Positions 13,285 to 22,410 of a DNA stretch of 64,000 bases are shown here, one piece after another (position 1 is the stretch's first letter; every line of letters begins with the position of its first letter). The stretch spans positions 1 through 64,000 of the forward strand of contig CAWCDG010000009.1 in NCBI GenBank assembly GCA_963794325.1, in the 5' to 3' direction. This stretch comes from an uncultured delta proteobacterium. GTDB lineage: Bacteria; Desulfobacterota; Binatia; Binatales; Binataceae. The translations under genes and the position numbers were made by a program. The notes below the pieces were generated by a model. It was not told where the DNA came from and searched no databases. It saw only the letters and a program-made list of their open reading frames with translations.

Positions 13285-14634
13285 ATGAGCACATCAGCCA
13301 TGCGCCCCCTTCGTGCATGCTTGCAGATTTCCACCACCGCGGCAGCAATTCTTCTATTCGCGTTCGGTTCGATTGCCTACGGCGCGGCGCCGGCCGGCTG
13401 TATCGCTTTCGTCGGCACCGATTCGAACATCTACTACTGCGACGCAATGTGCGCGACGCCAAAATGCATCACGTGCAAGGCAGCCGCGATACACGTTCGG
13501 CGCGACGATGCGATCACAGCGGTCGCGCTAACCGACGCCGCTCCTGACGCCGGGCCCGGCGCGGGCGGCACCGAGTACGGATGGCCGACGTTCTCTCCCG
13601 ATGGCCGCCGCATCGCGTATTCGTCCGAGACCCACAAGCCAGCCGAGGATTCGTTCGCGGTATGGGTTTACGATCTCGCGCACAGCCAGGCGATGCTGAT
13701 ATTTGAAAGCCGCTCCGAGCGCATCGTGTACATGGCATGGACGCCCGACGGACAGCATCTTTCGTTTCTGCTCGGCGAGCCGCACGGACTGAGCCTGGTG
13801 CTGGCTGAGGTCAAGGAATCGACGCCGGTCAGAATCGTCACGACCGGCCTGCCGCTGTACTTCGATTGGGGCGGGCCCGGCGAGGTTGCACTGCACACGC
13901 TCGCGCTCGATTCCGAACGCACCGAACAGGTTTCGCTGATGACCGTGACGCCCACCAGCCAGAACGTCGTCAAAGTGCTGTCGAACGGGCGCACCCCGTT
14001 CAAGACTCCCGCATGGTCGCCCGACGGCAAGCACCTCGCGTACATCGCTAGCTACCACGCCGAGTCAAACATCGTGGTCGCCGACGCCGACGCCAGCCAT
14101 CCGCGCTCGGTGGTGAGTCTGCCGGTGGGAGAGAACAGCTTCGTGTGGGCGCCGGACTCGGCGCATCTGGCGTACTCGACCGCGATCACGCCGCAGGACC
14201 CCACCTATCACGGCATCAAGCTGGTCGACATCGCGACCGCGAATTCGAAATGGCTGACCAAGGACGACGTCGCGGCATTTTTCTTCGCGCCCGACTCGCG
14301 CCACGTCGCGTTCATCGGCGTCCCCGAAGAGAAGCCGTACTACAGCTGGTCGGTGGTTGACGTTAAGAGCGGCGCTCAAAAGGCGCTCGGCAATTTTCTG
14401 GCGACGCCCGACGAATCGACCGCGTATCGTTACTTCGATCAGCTCGCCGTGTCGCACACGATCTGGTCGCCTGATTCGACCGCATTCATCTACGCGGGAG
14501 TGAAACTCGAAGGGTCGCCGCAGCATGCACTGGGAATTGCGCCGGCGCCGTCGGCGTACATTGTGCCGATCGACGGCAGCTCCCCGCACGCAGTCGCCAA
14601 CGCAGTGCTAGGTTTCTTCTCGCCCGCAAAGTAG
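13285..14634 (+). CDS. secreted TolB-like beta-propeller (PD40 repeats)
   Basis: repeated PTFSPDG, WTPDG, AWSPDG, WAPDS, IWSPDS; signal peptide; start codon uncertain. Confidence 0.8.
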   Translation: MSTSAMRPLRACLQISTTAAAILLFAFGSIAYGAAPAGCIAFVGTDSNIYYCDAMCATPKCITCKAAAIHVRRDDAITAVALTDAAPDAGPGAGGTEYGWPTFSPDGRRIAYSSETHKPAEDSFAVWVYDLAHSQAMLIFESRSERIVYMAWTPDGQHLSFLLGEPHGLSLVLAEVKESTPVRIVTTGLPLYFDWGGPGEVALHTLALDSERTEQVSLMTVTPTSQNVVKVLSNGRTPFKTPAWSPDGKHLAYIASYHAESNIVVADADASHPRSVVSLPVGENSFVWAPDSAHLAYSTAITPQDPTYHGIKLVDIATANSKWLTKDDVAAFFFAPDSRHVAFIGVPEEKPYYSWSVVDVKSGAQKALGNFLATPDESTAYRYFDQLAVSHTIWSPDSTAFIYAGVKLEGSPQHALGIAPAPSAYIVPIDGSSPHAVANAVLGFFSPAK

Positions 14635-14661
14635 GGCGATCGTTCGCGAGTCGAAGGGCGT

Positions 14662-14946
14662 ATGGACAAGGTCGAACGAATTGGCCATCTTATTGTCGAG
14701 GCGCGATCAAAGGCCAGGTTTTTAGCGAGGTTCGCACTCAAGCCACAACTCAGGGCGAAGGCCGCAGATCTAATGAAACGCGTAAACGAGAGCCATCAGA
14801 AGCTTCAGAGTTTGAGCCGAGCCTCTCAGGGAAACGGAAAGGGGATCGATCAGGCGAAGCTCGATACGGCCTTGGACGATTTGATCAAAACGTTTGAGGA
14901 CGTCAACCGGAAGCTCGACGAATTGATCGCCGAAGCCAAAGGATAG
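14662..14946 (+). CDS. hypothetical helical protein
   Basis: ORF with GAAGGG upstream filling the gap between convergent genes; amphipathic pattern. Confidence 0.55.
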   Translation: MDKVERIGHLIVEARSKARFLARFALKPQLRAKAADLMKRVNESHQKLQSLSRASQGNGKGIDQAKLDTALDDLIKTFEDVNRKLDELIAEAKG

Positions 14947-14953
14947 CCGTCGG

Positions 14954-16120
14954 CTACTCTTTGCGGCAGACGTAAATCGCCGCCGGCTTGCCCAACACCG
15001 ACACGCGGATGATTTTGCTCGGCGCGATCTTGCGCGTGCGTTCGAGGTCGCGCATCAGCCGCCATTCCGCCGTCAGTAGCACCATCGCGCCGCCGCTTTT
15101 CAGCACGCGCGCGAATTCCCGGAACCACAGCGGATACAGCTTCCGATTCTCGCCGTGCGAGCCATAACGCAATCCCCACGGCAGGTTGGTGACGATTTTA
15201 TCGACGCTCGCGTCGCTGAGCGGGAGCGCGCCCGCGTCCCAGTTCTCGAGCTGAATCGGCTTGTAGCGCGCGCCGACGTTCTCCCGCGCCGCCGCCAGCG
15301 CTGCCGCATCGCGATCGCTGCCGAGCAGCATCGCGTACCGCCCCATGTGCGCGCGCTCGATCAGTATCGTGCCCGCGCCGCAAAACGGATCGAGCACCAC
15401 GTCGTCCTCGCGCGGCTCCGACAGCCATGCGAGCGCCGCCGCACTCGACGCGCGCAGCGACGCCGGGCGATGCGCGCTCTTGTACTCGCGATGGCGCATT
15501 CGGTCGTCGCTGAGGCGCACCGTCAGAAAGAACTCCGCGTCGATCATCGTCGCCCACAGCTCGACGTCGGCGTCCTCTTCTTCGAGCCGCCAGGTATGGT
15601 CGCCGCGCTCGAGAATCCCGCGCTCGACCGCGCGCTGAAAATCGACGCGGCGAAATTCATGCTCCCCAGCCATCCTCGCGATCACACGGAACTTCAGCCT
15701 GCGCCCCGCGCGCGTCCCCTTCGAAACTTTGACGCGCGCGACCAGCGCCGGCTCGACCAGGGGCGCTTCGCGCGCCGCGCCGCGAATCTTGTCCAGTTCC
15801 TTATTCTCGGCGCCGATGCCGGCGCGGTAGCCTGCCAGCCCGAAGAGATCCTCGGGCGTGCGCAGTACGCCGAGCTTGTCCGCCCCTGGCGCGAAAAAAA
15901 TCGTCATCCCGGCGCGATCGGGTACGACCCGCCGCGTGATCTCGCGTGCGCCGTGGATTCGCTGCGCGATTTCGTCCGACGCGACTCCCTCGAACCCCGG
16001 CTGCGTATGCGCGATGTAGAGATTGGGCCCGAATCTTATCGGATGCGGCTGCGCACGCTCCGGCAGTGCAGGCTTGCGATTGCGCGCGGCATCGCGATAC
16101 GTCTGGCGCGCGCTATTCAC
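14954..16120 (-). CDS. THUMP-domain RNA methyltransferase (Trm14/TrmN/RlmL-like)
   Basis: PASLR, LDPFCGAGTILIE, VTNLPWG. Confidence 0.85.
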   Translation of the reverse strand: MNSARQTYRDAARNRKPALPERAQPHPIRFGPNLYIAHTQPGFEGVASDEIAQRIHGAREITRRVVPDRAGMTIFFAPGADKLGVLRTPEDLFGLAGYRAGIGAENKELDKIRGAAREAPLVEPALVARVKVSKGTRAGRRLKFRVIARMAGEHEFRRVDFQRAVERGILERGDHTWRLEEEDADVELWATMIDAEFFLTVRLSDDRMRHREYKSAHRPASLRASSAAALAWLSEPREDDVVLDPFCGAGTILIERAHMGRYAMLLGSDRDAAALAAARENVGARYKPIQLENWDAGALPLSDASVDKIVTNLPWGLRYGSHGENRKLYPLWFREFARVLKSGGAMVLLTAEWRLMRDLERTRKIAPSKIIRVSVLGKPAAIYVCRKE

Positions 16121-16146
16121 CTATCATCCGTACTGCTTCGAGCGTG

Positions 16147-16710
16147 CTACTTCGAGCGCGACAGGTATTCGTGCGTCTCGGTGTTGATCGTGATCGTGTC
16201 GCCCTCGGCGACGAAGTGCGGCACGTTGATAACCATCCCGGTCTCGAGCGTCGCCGGCTTGAGCGTATTGTTCACCGCCGCCGTTTTCATTCCCGGGTCG
16301 GTCTGCACCACCTTGAGCGCGACCGTTTTCGGCAGCGTCACGTTGAGCGGGGTGGTCTCGTAAAACTCGACTTCGACTTCGAGATTCGGGGTCAGGAATC
16401 CGACCACATCTTCGATCAGATCTTTGGGAATCGTGATCTGCTCGTAGTTCTCGGTGTTCATGAAATGGAAATCGTCGCCGTCCTGGTAGAGGAACTGCAT
16501 CTTGCTCTGATTCAGGATCACCCGCTCGACGCGATCTTCCGAGCGGAACCGGTTCTCGGTCTGCGAGCCGGTCTTGATGTTGCGCAGCTTGGTCTGCACC
16601 ATCCCGCGCCAGTTGCCGGGCGTGATGTGGGTGATCGTCATGATTCGCCACAGGTCTTTGTTGTACTCGACAATCATACCCGGGCGCAGTTGCGTCGCTT
16701 GAATCAGCAT
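16147..16710 (-). CDS. efp: elongation factor P
   Basis: ATQLRPG...HITPGNWRG...KPATLETG...VPHFV...YLSR. Confidence 0.95.
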   Translation of the reverse strand: MLIQATQLRPGMIVEYNKDLWRIMTITHITPGNWRGMVQTKLRNIKTGSQTENRFRSEDRVERVILNQSKMQFLYQDGDDFHFMNTENYEQITIPKDLIEDVVGFLTPNLEVEVEFYETTPLNVTLPKTVALKVVQTDPGMKTAAVNNTLKPATLETGMVINVPHFVAEGDTITINTETHEYLSRSK

Positions 16711-16843
16711 TGCTTGGACACTCTCGATAAGAACGAAGGTTAAGAAGGGAATTCTACGCAAGCCCAAGGCGCGCGGCAAGTTCGTGGGAATCGCCGGTAG
16801 TGGGTCAGTTTGAATGACCCACTACCGAATCGCCGGCACTGGT

Positions 16844-17101
16844 TCAGTTTGACAACCCCAATGATTTGTAGGTATCGGCAAGTTTCTTTTGCTGGTCACA
16901 CTCATCCGGATAGTCAGAGTAGATACACCGCTGATATTCGTCCTGAGCAGGGGTTTCAAAACCGGCCCCTCCGAGCGGCGTTGAAAATGGGCTGCCAAGA
17001 TTGAGCGACGAACAAGACGACAATAATAAGCTCAGCATCACAAGCGCGGCTGCGTGGCGAAGTCTCATCGCGCGCACTAATGAAACAGTTTGCTGTACCA
17101 C
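16844..17101 (-). CDS. small lipoprotein
   Basis: hydrophobic stretch and lipobox LLSSC. Confidence 0.55.
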   Translation of the reverse strand: MVQQTVSLVRAMRLRHAAALVMLSLLLSSCSSLNLGSPFSTPLGGAGFETPAQDEYQRCIYSDYPDECDQQKKLADTYKSLGLSN

Positions 17102-18567
17102 GGCCTCGACGGGGGAGGCGTGCCGTACGGCGGCGGGTATCCATATGGATACGGATTCGGGGCGTACGGATTGTAGCCCGGGGCATACGGATTCGCGTAT
17201 GCGTACGGATTTGGCCGGTAGTACGGCGACGGCGGATACGCTCCATACGGCGAGGGATACGTCGGCGGATTGCTGTACGCGGTCATCCCGCTGCCGCCGC
17301 CGACCGTGTCGATCGACGCCTCGACGAAATTGTCGCCGTTGCCGTATGCGCGGATCCTCGCGTCGCTGCCCGCCGGCATCGGGAACGTCAGATCGAACGC
17401 ACTGTAGCCGCCGGTGCTGATCGAAATCGGCTTGACCAGCCGGCCGTTGACGTAAACGCCCGCATGACGCACGCCCGGTCCTGCGATCTGCCCGACCACT
17501 TCGACATTTCCCGGCGCCGACATTAACTCCTCGGCATCGATCACGTTGATCTGCACGTTGGTCAAAGGCCCGAGCGACGAGTTCGCTTCGATATGACGCC
17601 GCGACGGCGAGAGTTCATCGCCGGGCCGCCCAATCTCGGCGGTGTTGTTACCCTTGGACGGTCCCGCCGACGCGAGCGGACTCTCCGCCAACGGACCCGC
17701 CTCTCCGCCCGACGCGCTCGCGCCCGGATCGACTTCGATCATCTCTTCGCGGCCCTTCATCGGGCCAATCGCCGCAGGGTCCGGCGTCACCAGCGCCTGT
17801 GCTTCGCGCCCGTAAACGTCGGCCACGCGAATCGATTGTGTCGCCGACGGCTGCTCGATCGAGAAATCAAAATTGACGCGCTGCTCGCCCGGCGTATCCG
17901 CGACGTCGATGTCCTTGGTCTTCGCGTCGCCGTCGAAAATTCCCGCCGACTTGAGATCGGTGCCTTCGAAGAAGCCCTTCACCCGCACCTTCCCCTCCTG
18001 GAACACTCGCGATGCGATCTGGATCTTCGGCGCCTCCGGCATCTTTTCTCCCGCTGGCGGCGCAACCGACGAATGCGATTCCGGCACGTCGCTGTGGGCA
18101 ACCGGCCCTTTCGCCGCGGGCACCTGCTTTTCCAGCGCCGCGATCTTTTCCCTGATACTCGTCCACTGCTCAGGATATTGCCCGCCTGCAATTTTCGCCG
18201 CGGCTTCTATCCGGTCGCGATCGCTGAGTATCGAGGTCATCGCGCCGCCGGCGCTCGCACTGTCATGCGCACTCAGAGCCGGGGAGAGCGTTTGCGCATC
18301 GCCGGCCAGGCTGGCGGCGGGCGCCAAGATCGGCCCGGCCTTGGTGGACGACGCATTGATCGCATTGAGCATCGCGAACGCACGGTCGCTCAACTCGAGG
18401 GCCTGTGCCTGCGCGTCCTGCGCGAAGGATTGCCGCGGCCCGATTCCCAACGCAGCGGTCGCGAACGCCAGTAATAAGATCGCCGTCGCGATCCGCCCGC
18501 GGACGGATTCGATACGCGCCACGCGCGCGACGCTTCTTGTTTTGACGAAGTCGATCACCCCGCCCAT
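17077..18567 (-). CDS. secreted hypothetical protein with Tyr/Pro-rich C-terminus
   Basis: signal-like N-terminus; tail YPSPYGAYPPSPYYRPNPYAYANPYAPGYNPY. Confidence 0.75.
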   Translation of the reverse strand: MGGVIDFVKTRSVARVARIESVRGRIATAILLLAFATAALGIGPRQSFAQDAQAQALELSDRAFAMLNAINASSTKAGPILAPAASLAGDAQTLSPALSAHDSASAGGAMTSILSDRDRIEAAAKIAGGQYPEQWTSIREKIAALEKQVPAAKGPVAHSDVPESHSSVAPPAGEKMPEAPKIQIASRVFQEGKVRVKGFFEGTDLKSAGIFDGDAKTKDIDVADTPGEQRVNFDFSIEQPSATQSIRVADVYGREAQALVTPDPAAIGPMKGREEMIEVDPGASASGGEAGPLAESPLASAGPSKGNNTAEIGRPGDELSPSRRHIEANSSLGPLTNVQINVIDAEELMSAPGNVEVVGQIAGPGVRHAGVYVNGRLVKPISISTGGYSAFDLTFPMPAGSDARIRAYGNGDNFVEASIDTVGGGSGMTAYSNPPTYPSPYGAYPPSPYYRPNPYAYANPYAPGYNPYAPNPYPYGYPPPYGTPPPSRPWYSKLFH

Positions 18568-18578
18568 GACCCAGTTTG

Positions 18579-18716
18579 CTACTGCGATTCCCGGTAGCGT
18601 TCCGCGGTTTGTTTGATCCGGCGAGCGAGTTTCAGGAACACTTCCCCCTCATCGTAGATGAAGAGCGCAAGAGCAGCAGCAGCACCCACAATCAGACCGA
18701 GGATAAATGCGCCCAT
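18579..18716 (-). CDS. 45-aa membrane protein (YtxH-like N-terminus), not in ORF track
   Basis: hand translation MGAFILGLIVGAAAALALFIYDEGEVFLKLARRIKQTAERYRESQ; strong GGAGGGGAGG RBS; 11 bp before next gene. Confidence 0.75.
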   Translation of the reverse strand: MGAFILGLIVGAAAALALFIYDEGEVFLKLARRIKQTAERYRESQ

Positions 18717-18787
18717 AATTTCCTCCCCTCCGGTGTCACGATTATATTCAAATTCCCGCGATTGAACCTACCCGAAAAAACCTCGGT

Positions 18788-18877
18788 AATCCGGTTCCCT
18801 TTCCCACTATGGGAAGAGGCTACTCCCAACAATCCGGTTCCCCTTCCCACGATGGGAAGGGGTTAGGGGTTAGGTTC
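18788..18877 (-). repeat. palindromic repeat family A, double-hairpin copy
   Basis: reverse complement AACCTAACCCCTAACCCCTTCCC-N-GGGAAGGGGAACCGG; matches copies at 30303, 33484, 35640, 43893. Confidence 0.85.
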
Positions 18878-18918
18878 CCGATACGCAACCCGCAACTTTC
18901 TAGTATCTTGATCATATC

Positions 18919-19857
18919 GTGCCGCATCTCGACACATCCGATCGCCCCAATGTGGGCGTCCTCCCCCTCGACGCGCGGATCATTGTCCGCGTGACCGGTG
19001 ACGATCGCGCGTCGTTTCTTCATGGGATGTGCACCGCTGACGTGAACGGCGCCCGCCCCGGAACGATCCTGCCGGCGCTGTTTCTCACCGAGCATGCGCA
19101 CGTGATTTCCGAAGCGTTCATCTGGGTGACGTCTGATTCGCTGCTGCTCGACATCGACGCCGAAGCATGGACGCGCACACATGCGCATCTGGAAAAATTG
19201 CTGGTCGCCGACGATGTCGAATTCGAAGATGCCGCCGATCTCGCGATCATAGACGTCGAAGGACCGGCCGCCCTCGACGCTACCGGCGCGACGCAGCTCG
19301 CTGAGTGGAGCTTCAAGGTCGTCGGCGAGTCGCTGGTCGGCAACCTGCCTCGCTTCGGGGGACCGGCGGCGTCTGTGATCGCACCGCGCGATTCGATCGA
19401 TTCGACCATCGCATCAGTTCTCGCGAAGGCCCCCGGAGCGCGCCGCATCGATTCCTCGATACTAAACAGCATCCGCGTCGAAAATGGTGTCGCACTGGTC
19501 GGCGTCGATACCAGCGACAAGACGATCGCGCTCGAAGCGCGTCTCAATCGCTCGATCTCCTCTAATAAGGGATGCTATCTCGGGCAGGAAACGATCGAGC
19601 GCGCGACTGCTCGCGGCGGTTTGAAAAAACGGATGTTCGGACTTAAGTTCAATATTGCGACTGCCCCGGCGACCGGCTCGGTCCTGAGTCTCGACGGCAA
19701 GGAAATCGGCCGGGTGACGAGCGCCGTAATCTCGCCGCGCTTCGGCGCGATCGGGCTTGCGATTCTGCATCACAGCGCATGGACGCCCGGGATGCAGCTG
19801 AAAGTGGGCGAGGGCGGCTCTGCAACAGTGATGGAGTTGCCGTTTGCGCAGAATTGA
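18919..19857 (+). CDS. ygfZ: YgfZ/GcvT family folate-binding protein
   Basis: KGCYLGQE signature; VTGDDRASFLHG. Confidence 0.9.
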   Translation: MPHLDTSDRPNVGVLPLDARIIVRVTGDDRASFLHGMCTADVNGARPGTILPALFLTEHAHVISEAFIWVTSDSLLLDIDAEAWTRTHAHLEKLLVADDVEFEDAADLAIIDVEGPAALDATGATQLAEWSFKVVGESLVGNLPRFGGPAASVIAPRDSIDSTIASVLAKAPGARRIDSSILNSIRVENGVALVGVDTSDKTIALEARLNRSISSNKGCYLGQETIERATARGGLKKRMFGLKFNIATAPATGSVLSLDGKEIGRVTSAVISPRFGAIGLAILHHSAWTPGMQLKVGEGGSATVMELPFAQN

Positions 19858-19924
19858 CGAGTTGATGCGATACTTTAAGTTTATTTTATCGGCCCACAGG
19901 GTCGAATTTTGAAGGAGTTCATCG

Positions 19925-20068
19925 ATGGCTAACGTGCTCGGTAAGCGTTACATGTGCGAAAAGTGCGGCACTGAGGTGCTCTGCAACAAGGCTGGCACCG
20001 GCCCGCTCGAGTGTTGCGACATCGAGATGAAAATCAAGGAAGCGAAGCCGCTTCCAAGTTCCGATTAG
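19925..20068 (+). CDS. 47-aa desulforedoxin-like metal-binding protein with KPLPSSD tail, not in ORF track
   Basis: MANVLGKRYMCEKCGTEVLCNKAGTGPLECCDIEMKIKEAKPLPSSD; CxxC-x15-CC; GAAGGAG RBS. Confidence 0.88.
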   Translation: MANVLGKRYMCEKCGTEVLCNKAGTGPLECCDIEMKIKEAKPLPSSD

Positions 20069-20086
20069 TACCTCACGCCGCCGCGA

Positions 20087-21679
20087 TTGGTCGCTGGCGA
20101 CGAAGGCATTCGTTCCAAAGTGGTAGCCGCGTCCGGGAAAGCTGACCTGGTTCTGCACGAGGGTATTATCCTCGGTCATCCGGGCAGCGACTCGGTGGCA
20201 ATCTCCGGTGGCTTGATCGCCGCGCTCGGTCCGTTCGCGGATCTGAAACCGTTCGTCGGTCCGCAAACTCATCTGATCAAGCTGGCCGGCCGCGTCGTCG
20301 CCCCCGGCCTGATCGATTCACACATCCATTTTCGCGAGGCCGCCGCCGCCGCAACCGGAATCTCGGTTCAGCGATGCCGCACGGTTGGCGATGTGCTCGC
20401 GGACCTGCGCCTCGCCAGTGGCAAGGCTCCGCCCGGCAACTGGCTGCGCGCATTCGGATGCGACGAAGCGCTGATGCTGGAAAAGCGCGGGCCGACGCGC
20501 GCCGAGCTCGATCACTCGACGCCTAAAAATCCGCTGCGCCTGCGCCATCAGACGCTCCACGCCACCTGGCTCAACTCGCGCGCGATCGCGCTGCTCGGTC
20601 TCGAGGCGCCCGACTTCACGCCGCCCTACGGCGCCAACATGATTCGCGACGCCGCCGGCAAGCTCACTGGCCTGCTGGTCGGAATGGAAACGTGGCTGTC
20701 GGATCATCTGCCGCCGGTGACCGCCGCGGAATCCGAATCGCGCGCGCGTATCATGAGCCGCGAGATGGCTGGCAACGGAGTCACCGCGTTCACCGACGCC
20801 ACCACGCGCAACGGCCCGGTCGAAGTCGAGCAGTTCGCAAAGCTCGTGCAGTCGAATGCGATATGCCAGCGCGTCGCGCTGATGATCGGCGGCCAGCATC
20901 TCGACCTCATCGATCGATGCGATCAGATTGCCCGCGCCGCGAAGATCTCGCTGGCCGGCGCGAAGTTCATGCCCGGTTATCAATACGATCCCGCAGGCCT
21001 TTCGCGCCCCGTCCGTCGTGCACTCGAACGCGGACTGGATTGTGCGTTTCACGTCACCGAACTCGAAGAGCTGGAAGAGGCGCTCGCGGCTATCGAAGCC
21101 GCCAAGGCAAAATTCGCGGGCGCGCACGAGATGCCGAAGTTCCGCATCGAGCACGGCGGTCTCATCACGCCCGACTACATCGACCGCCTGATGGCCGCCA
21201 ACGTGTGGGTCGTGACCAACCCCGGCTTCATTTATTTCCGCGGCGCCAAGTACAGTGACGAGCCCGGGCTCCTCGCGCATCTATATCGCGCGCGCAGTCT
21301 CAAGGACGCCAACGTCCACCTGGCCGGCGCGACCGACGCGCCGGTCACGCCCGCGCGGCCGCTCACGGCGATCGCGGCCGCGGTTACGCGCACCACGATC
21401 GACGGCGTCCAGCTTGCGCCCGCCGAAGCGCTCTCGATGCCCGATGCGTTCGCGCTTTTCACCACCGAAGCCGCGCGCCTCGCGCGTCTCGACGCCGGCG
21501 CCATCGCAGTCGATCGGCTGGCCGATCTGATCGTGCTGCCGCGCGATCCTTTCGCGATGAAACCCGCCGACCTGATGAACCTCACCGTCGATATCACGAT
21601 CGTCGCCGGCCGCGTGGTGTACGAGCGCGGCCGCCCCGCAATCGCCAGCAGCGACAGCGCCGACCTGCGCTCCACGTAA
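20087..21679 (+). CDS. amidohydrolase family 3 (YtcJ-like)
   Basis: PGLIDSHIH, FRIEHG, ATDAPVT, ADLIVL, IVAGRVVY; start uncertain. Confidence 0.85.
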   Translation: MVAGDEGIRSKVVAASGKADLVLHEGIILGHPGSDSVAISGGLIAALGPFADLKPFVGPQTHLIKLAGRVVAPGLIDSHIHFREAAAAATGISVQRCRTVGDVLADLRLASGKAPPGNWLRAFGCDEALMLEKRGPTRAELDHSTPKNPLRLRHQTLHATWLNSRAIALLGLEAPDFTPPYGANMIRDAAGKLTGLLVGMETWLSDHLPPVTAAESESRARIMSREMAGNGVTAFTDATTRNGPVEVEQFAKLVQSNAICQRVALMIGGQHLDLIDRCDQIARAAKISLAGAKFMPGYQYDPAGLSRPVRRALERGLDCAFHVTELEELEEALAAIEAAKAKFAGAHEMPKFRIEHGGLITPDYIDRLMAANVWVVTNPGFIYFRGAKYSDEPGLLAHLYRARSLKDANVHLAGATDAPVTPARPLTAIAAAVTRTTIDGVQLAPAEALSMPDAFALFTTEAARLARLDAGAIAVDRLADLIVLPRDPFAMKPADLMNLTVDITIVAGRVVYERGRPAIASSDSADLRST

Positions 21680-22410
21680 TGTCGTCGAAGTCGAACGGTT
21701 CGAGCGCGGTGCTCTACGAAAAGCGCGGCCCCGTCGCGTGGGTCACGCTGAATCGCCCCGCGCAATTCAACGCCTACAACATGGCGATGCGCGACGCATT
21801 GTTTCAAATCCTCGCCGCCATCCACGACGATCGCGAGGTTCGCGCGATGGTGCTGCGCGGCGCCGGCCAGGCCTTCTCGACCGGCGGCGATCTCGCCGAA
21901 TTCGGGATGGCGCCGTCGCCAATCGTCGCGCGATGGGTCCGCTTTCGCCGCGACGTGTGGGGGATGCTCCGCGCGTTGCCGATACCGACTATCGCGGCCA
22001 TCCACGGTTACACGGTTGGCGGCGGTCTCGAGATGGCTCTGCTCTGCGACTTCGCAATCGCCGCCGACGACACCCGCCTGTCACTGCCCGAGACCGGCGC
22101 CGGCATGATTCCCGGCGTCGCCGGAACGCAGACCGCCGCGCGCCGCCTCGGCCTCGGCCGCGCGCTCGACCTTTGCCTCACCGGCCGTTGGATTGACGCC
22201 CAAGACGCGTTACTTTCAGGTATGGTCGCCGAAGTGGTCCCCCTGGCCGACTTGGATCGCCGCGCTCTCACGATCGCGCGTGAATTTGCACGCGTCAGCC
22301 GCGAGCGGTCCGCGATACTGAAGCTGGCGGTCTGGGGAGGCCTCGATTTGCCGTTGCGACAAGGACTCGAACTCGAACGTCGGCTCTGGAAGAGAGGAAG
22401 CGCGCTGTGA
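21679..22410 (+). CDS. enoyl-CoA hydratase/isomerase
   Basis: TLNRP, FSTGGDL, GGGLEMALLCD, LPETGAG; start overlaps upstream stop. Confidence 0.9.
   Translation: MSSKSNGSSAVLYEKRGPVAWVTLNRPAQFNAYNMAMRDALFQILAAIHDDREVRAMVLRGAGQAFSTGGDLAEFGMAPSPIVARWVRFRRDVWGMLRALPIPTIAAIHGYTVGGGLEMALLCDFAIAADDTRLSLPETGAGMIPGVAGTQTAARRLGLGRALDLCLTGRWIDAQDALLSGMVAEVVPLADLDRRALTIAREFARVSRERSAILKLAVWGGLDLPLRQGLELERRLWKRGSAL

Noticed and set aside
18856-18877. TTAGGGG telomere-like repeat or eukaryotic contamination
   Set aside because: Only two units, embedded in an intergenic hairpin family in a clearly bacterial context
19925-20068. Cys-rich mini-protein as a RiPP precursor
   Set aside because: Cys spacing matches a desulforedoxin metal site and no radical SAM, YcaO or Lan maturase is adjacent
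21640-21679. SSD near the amidohydrolase C-terminus echoing the PLPSSD tail
   Set aside because: A three-residue, non-terminal match is expected by chance
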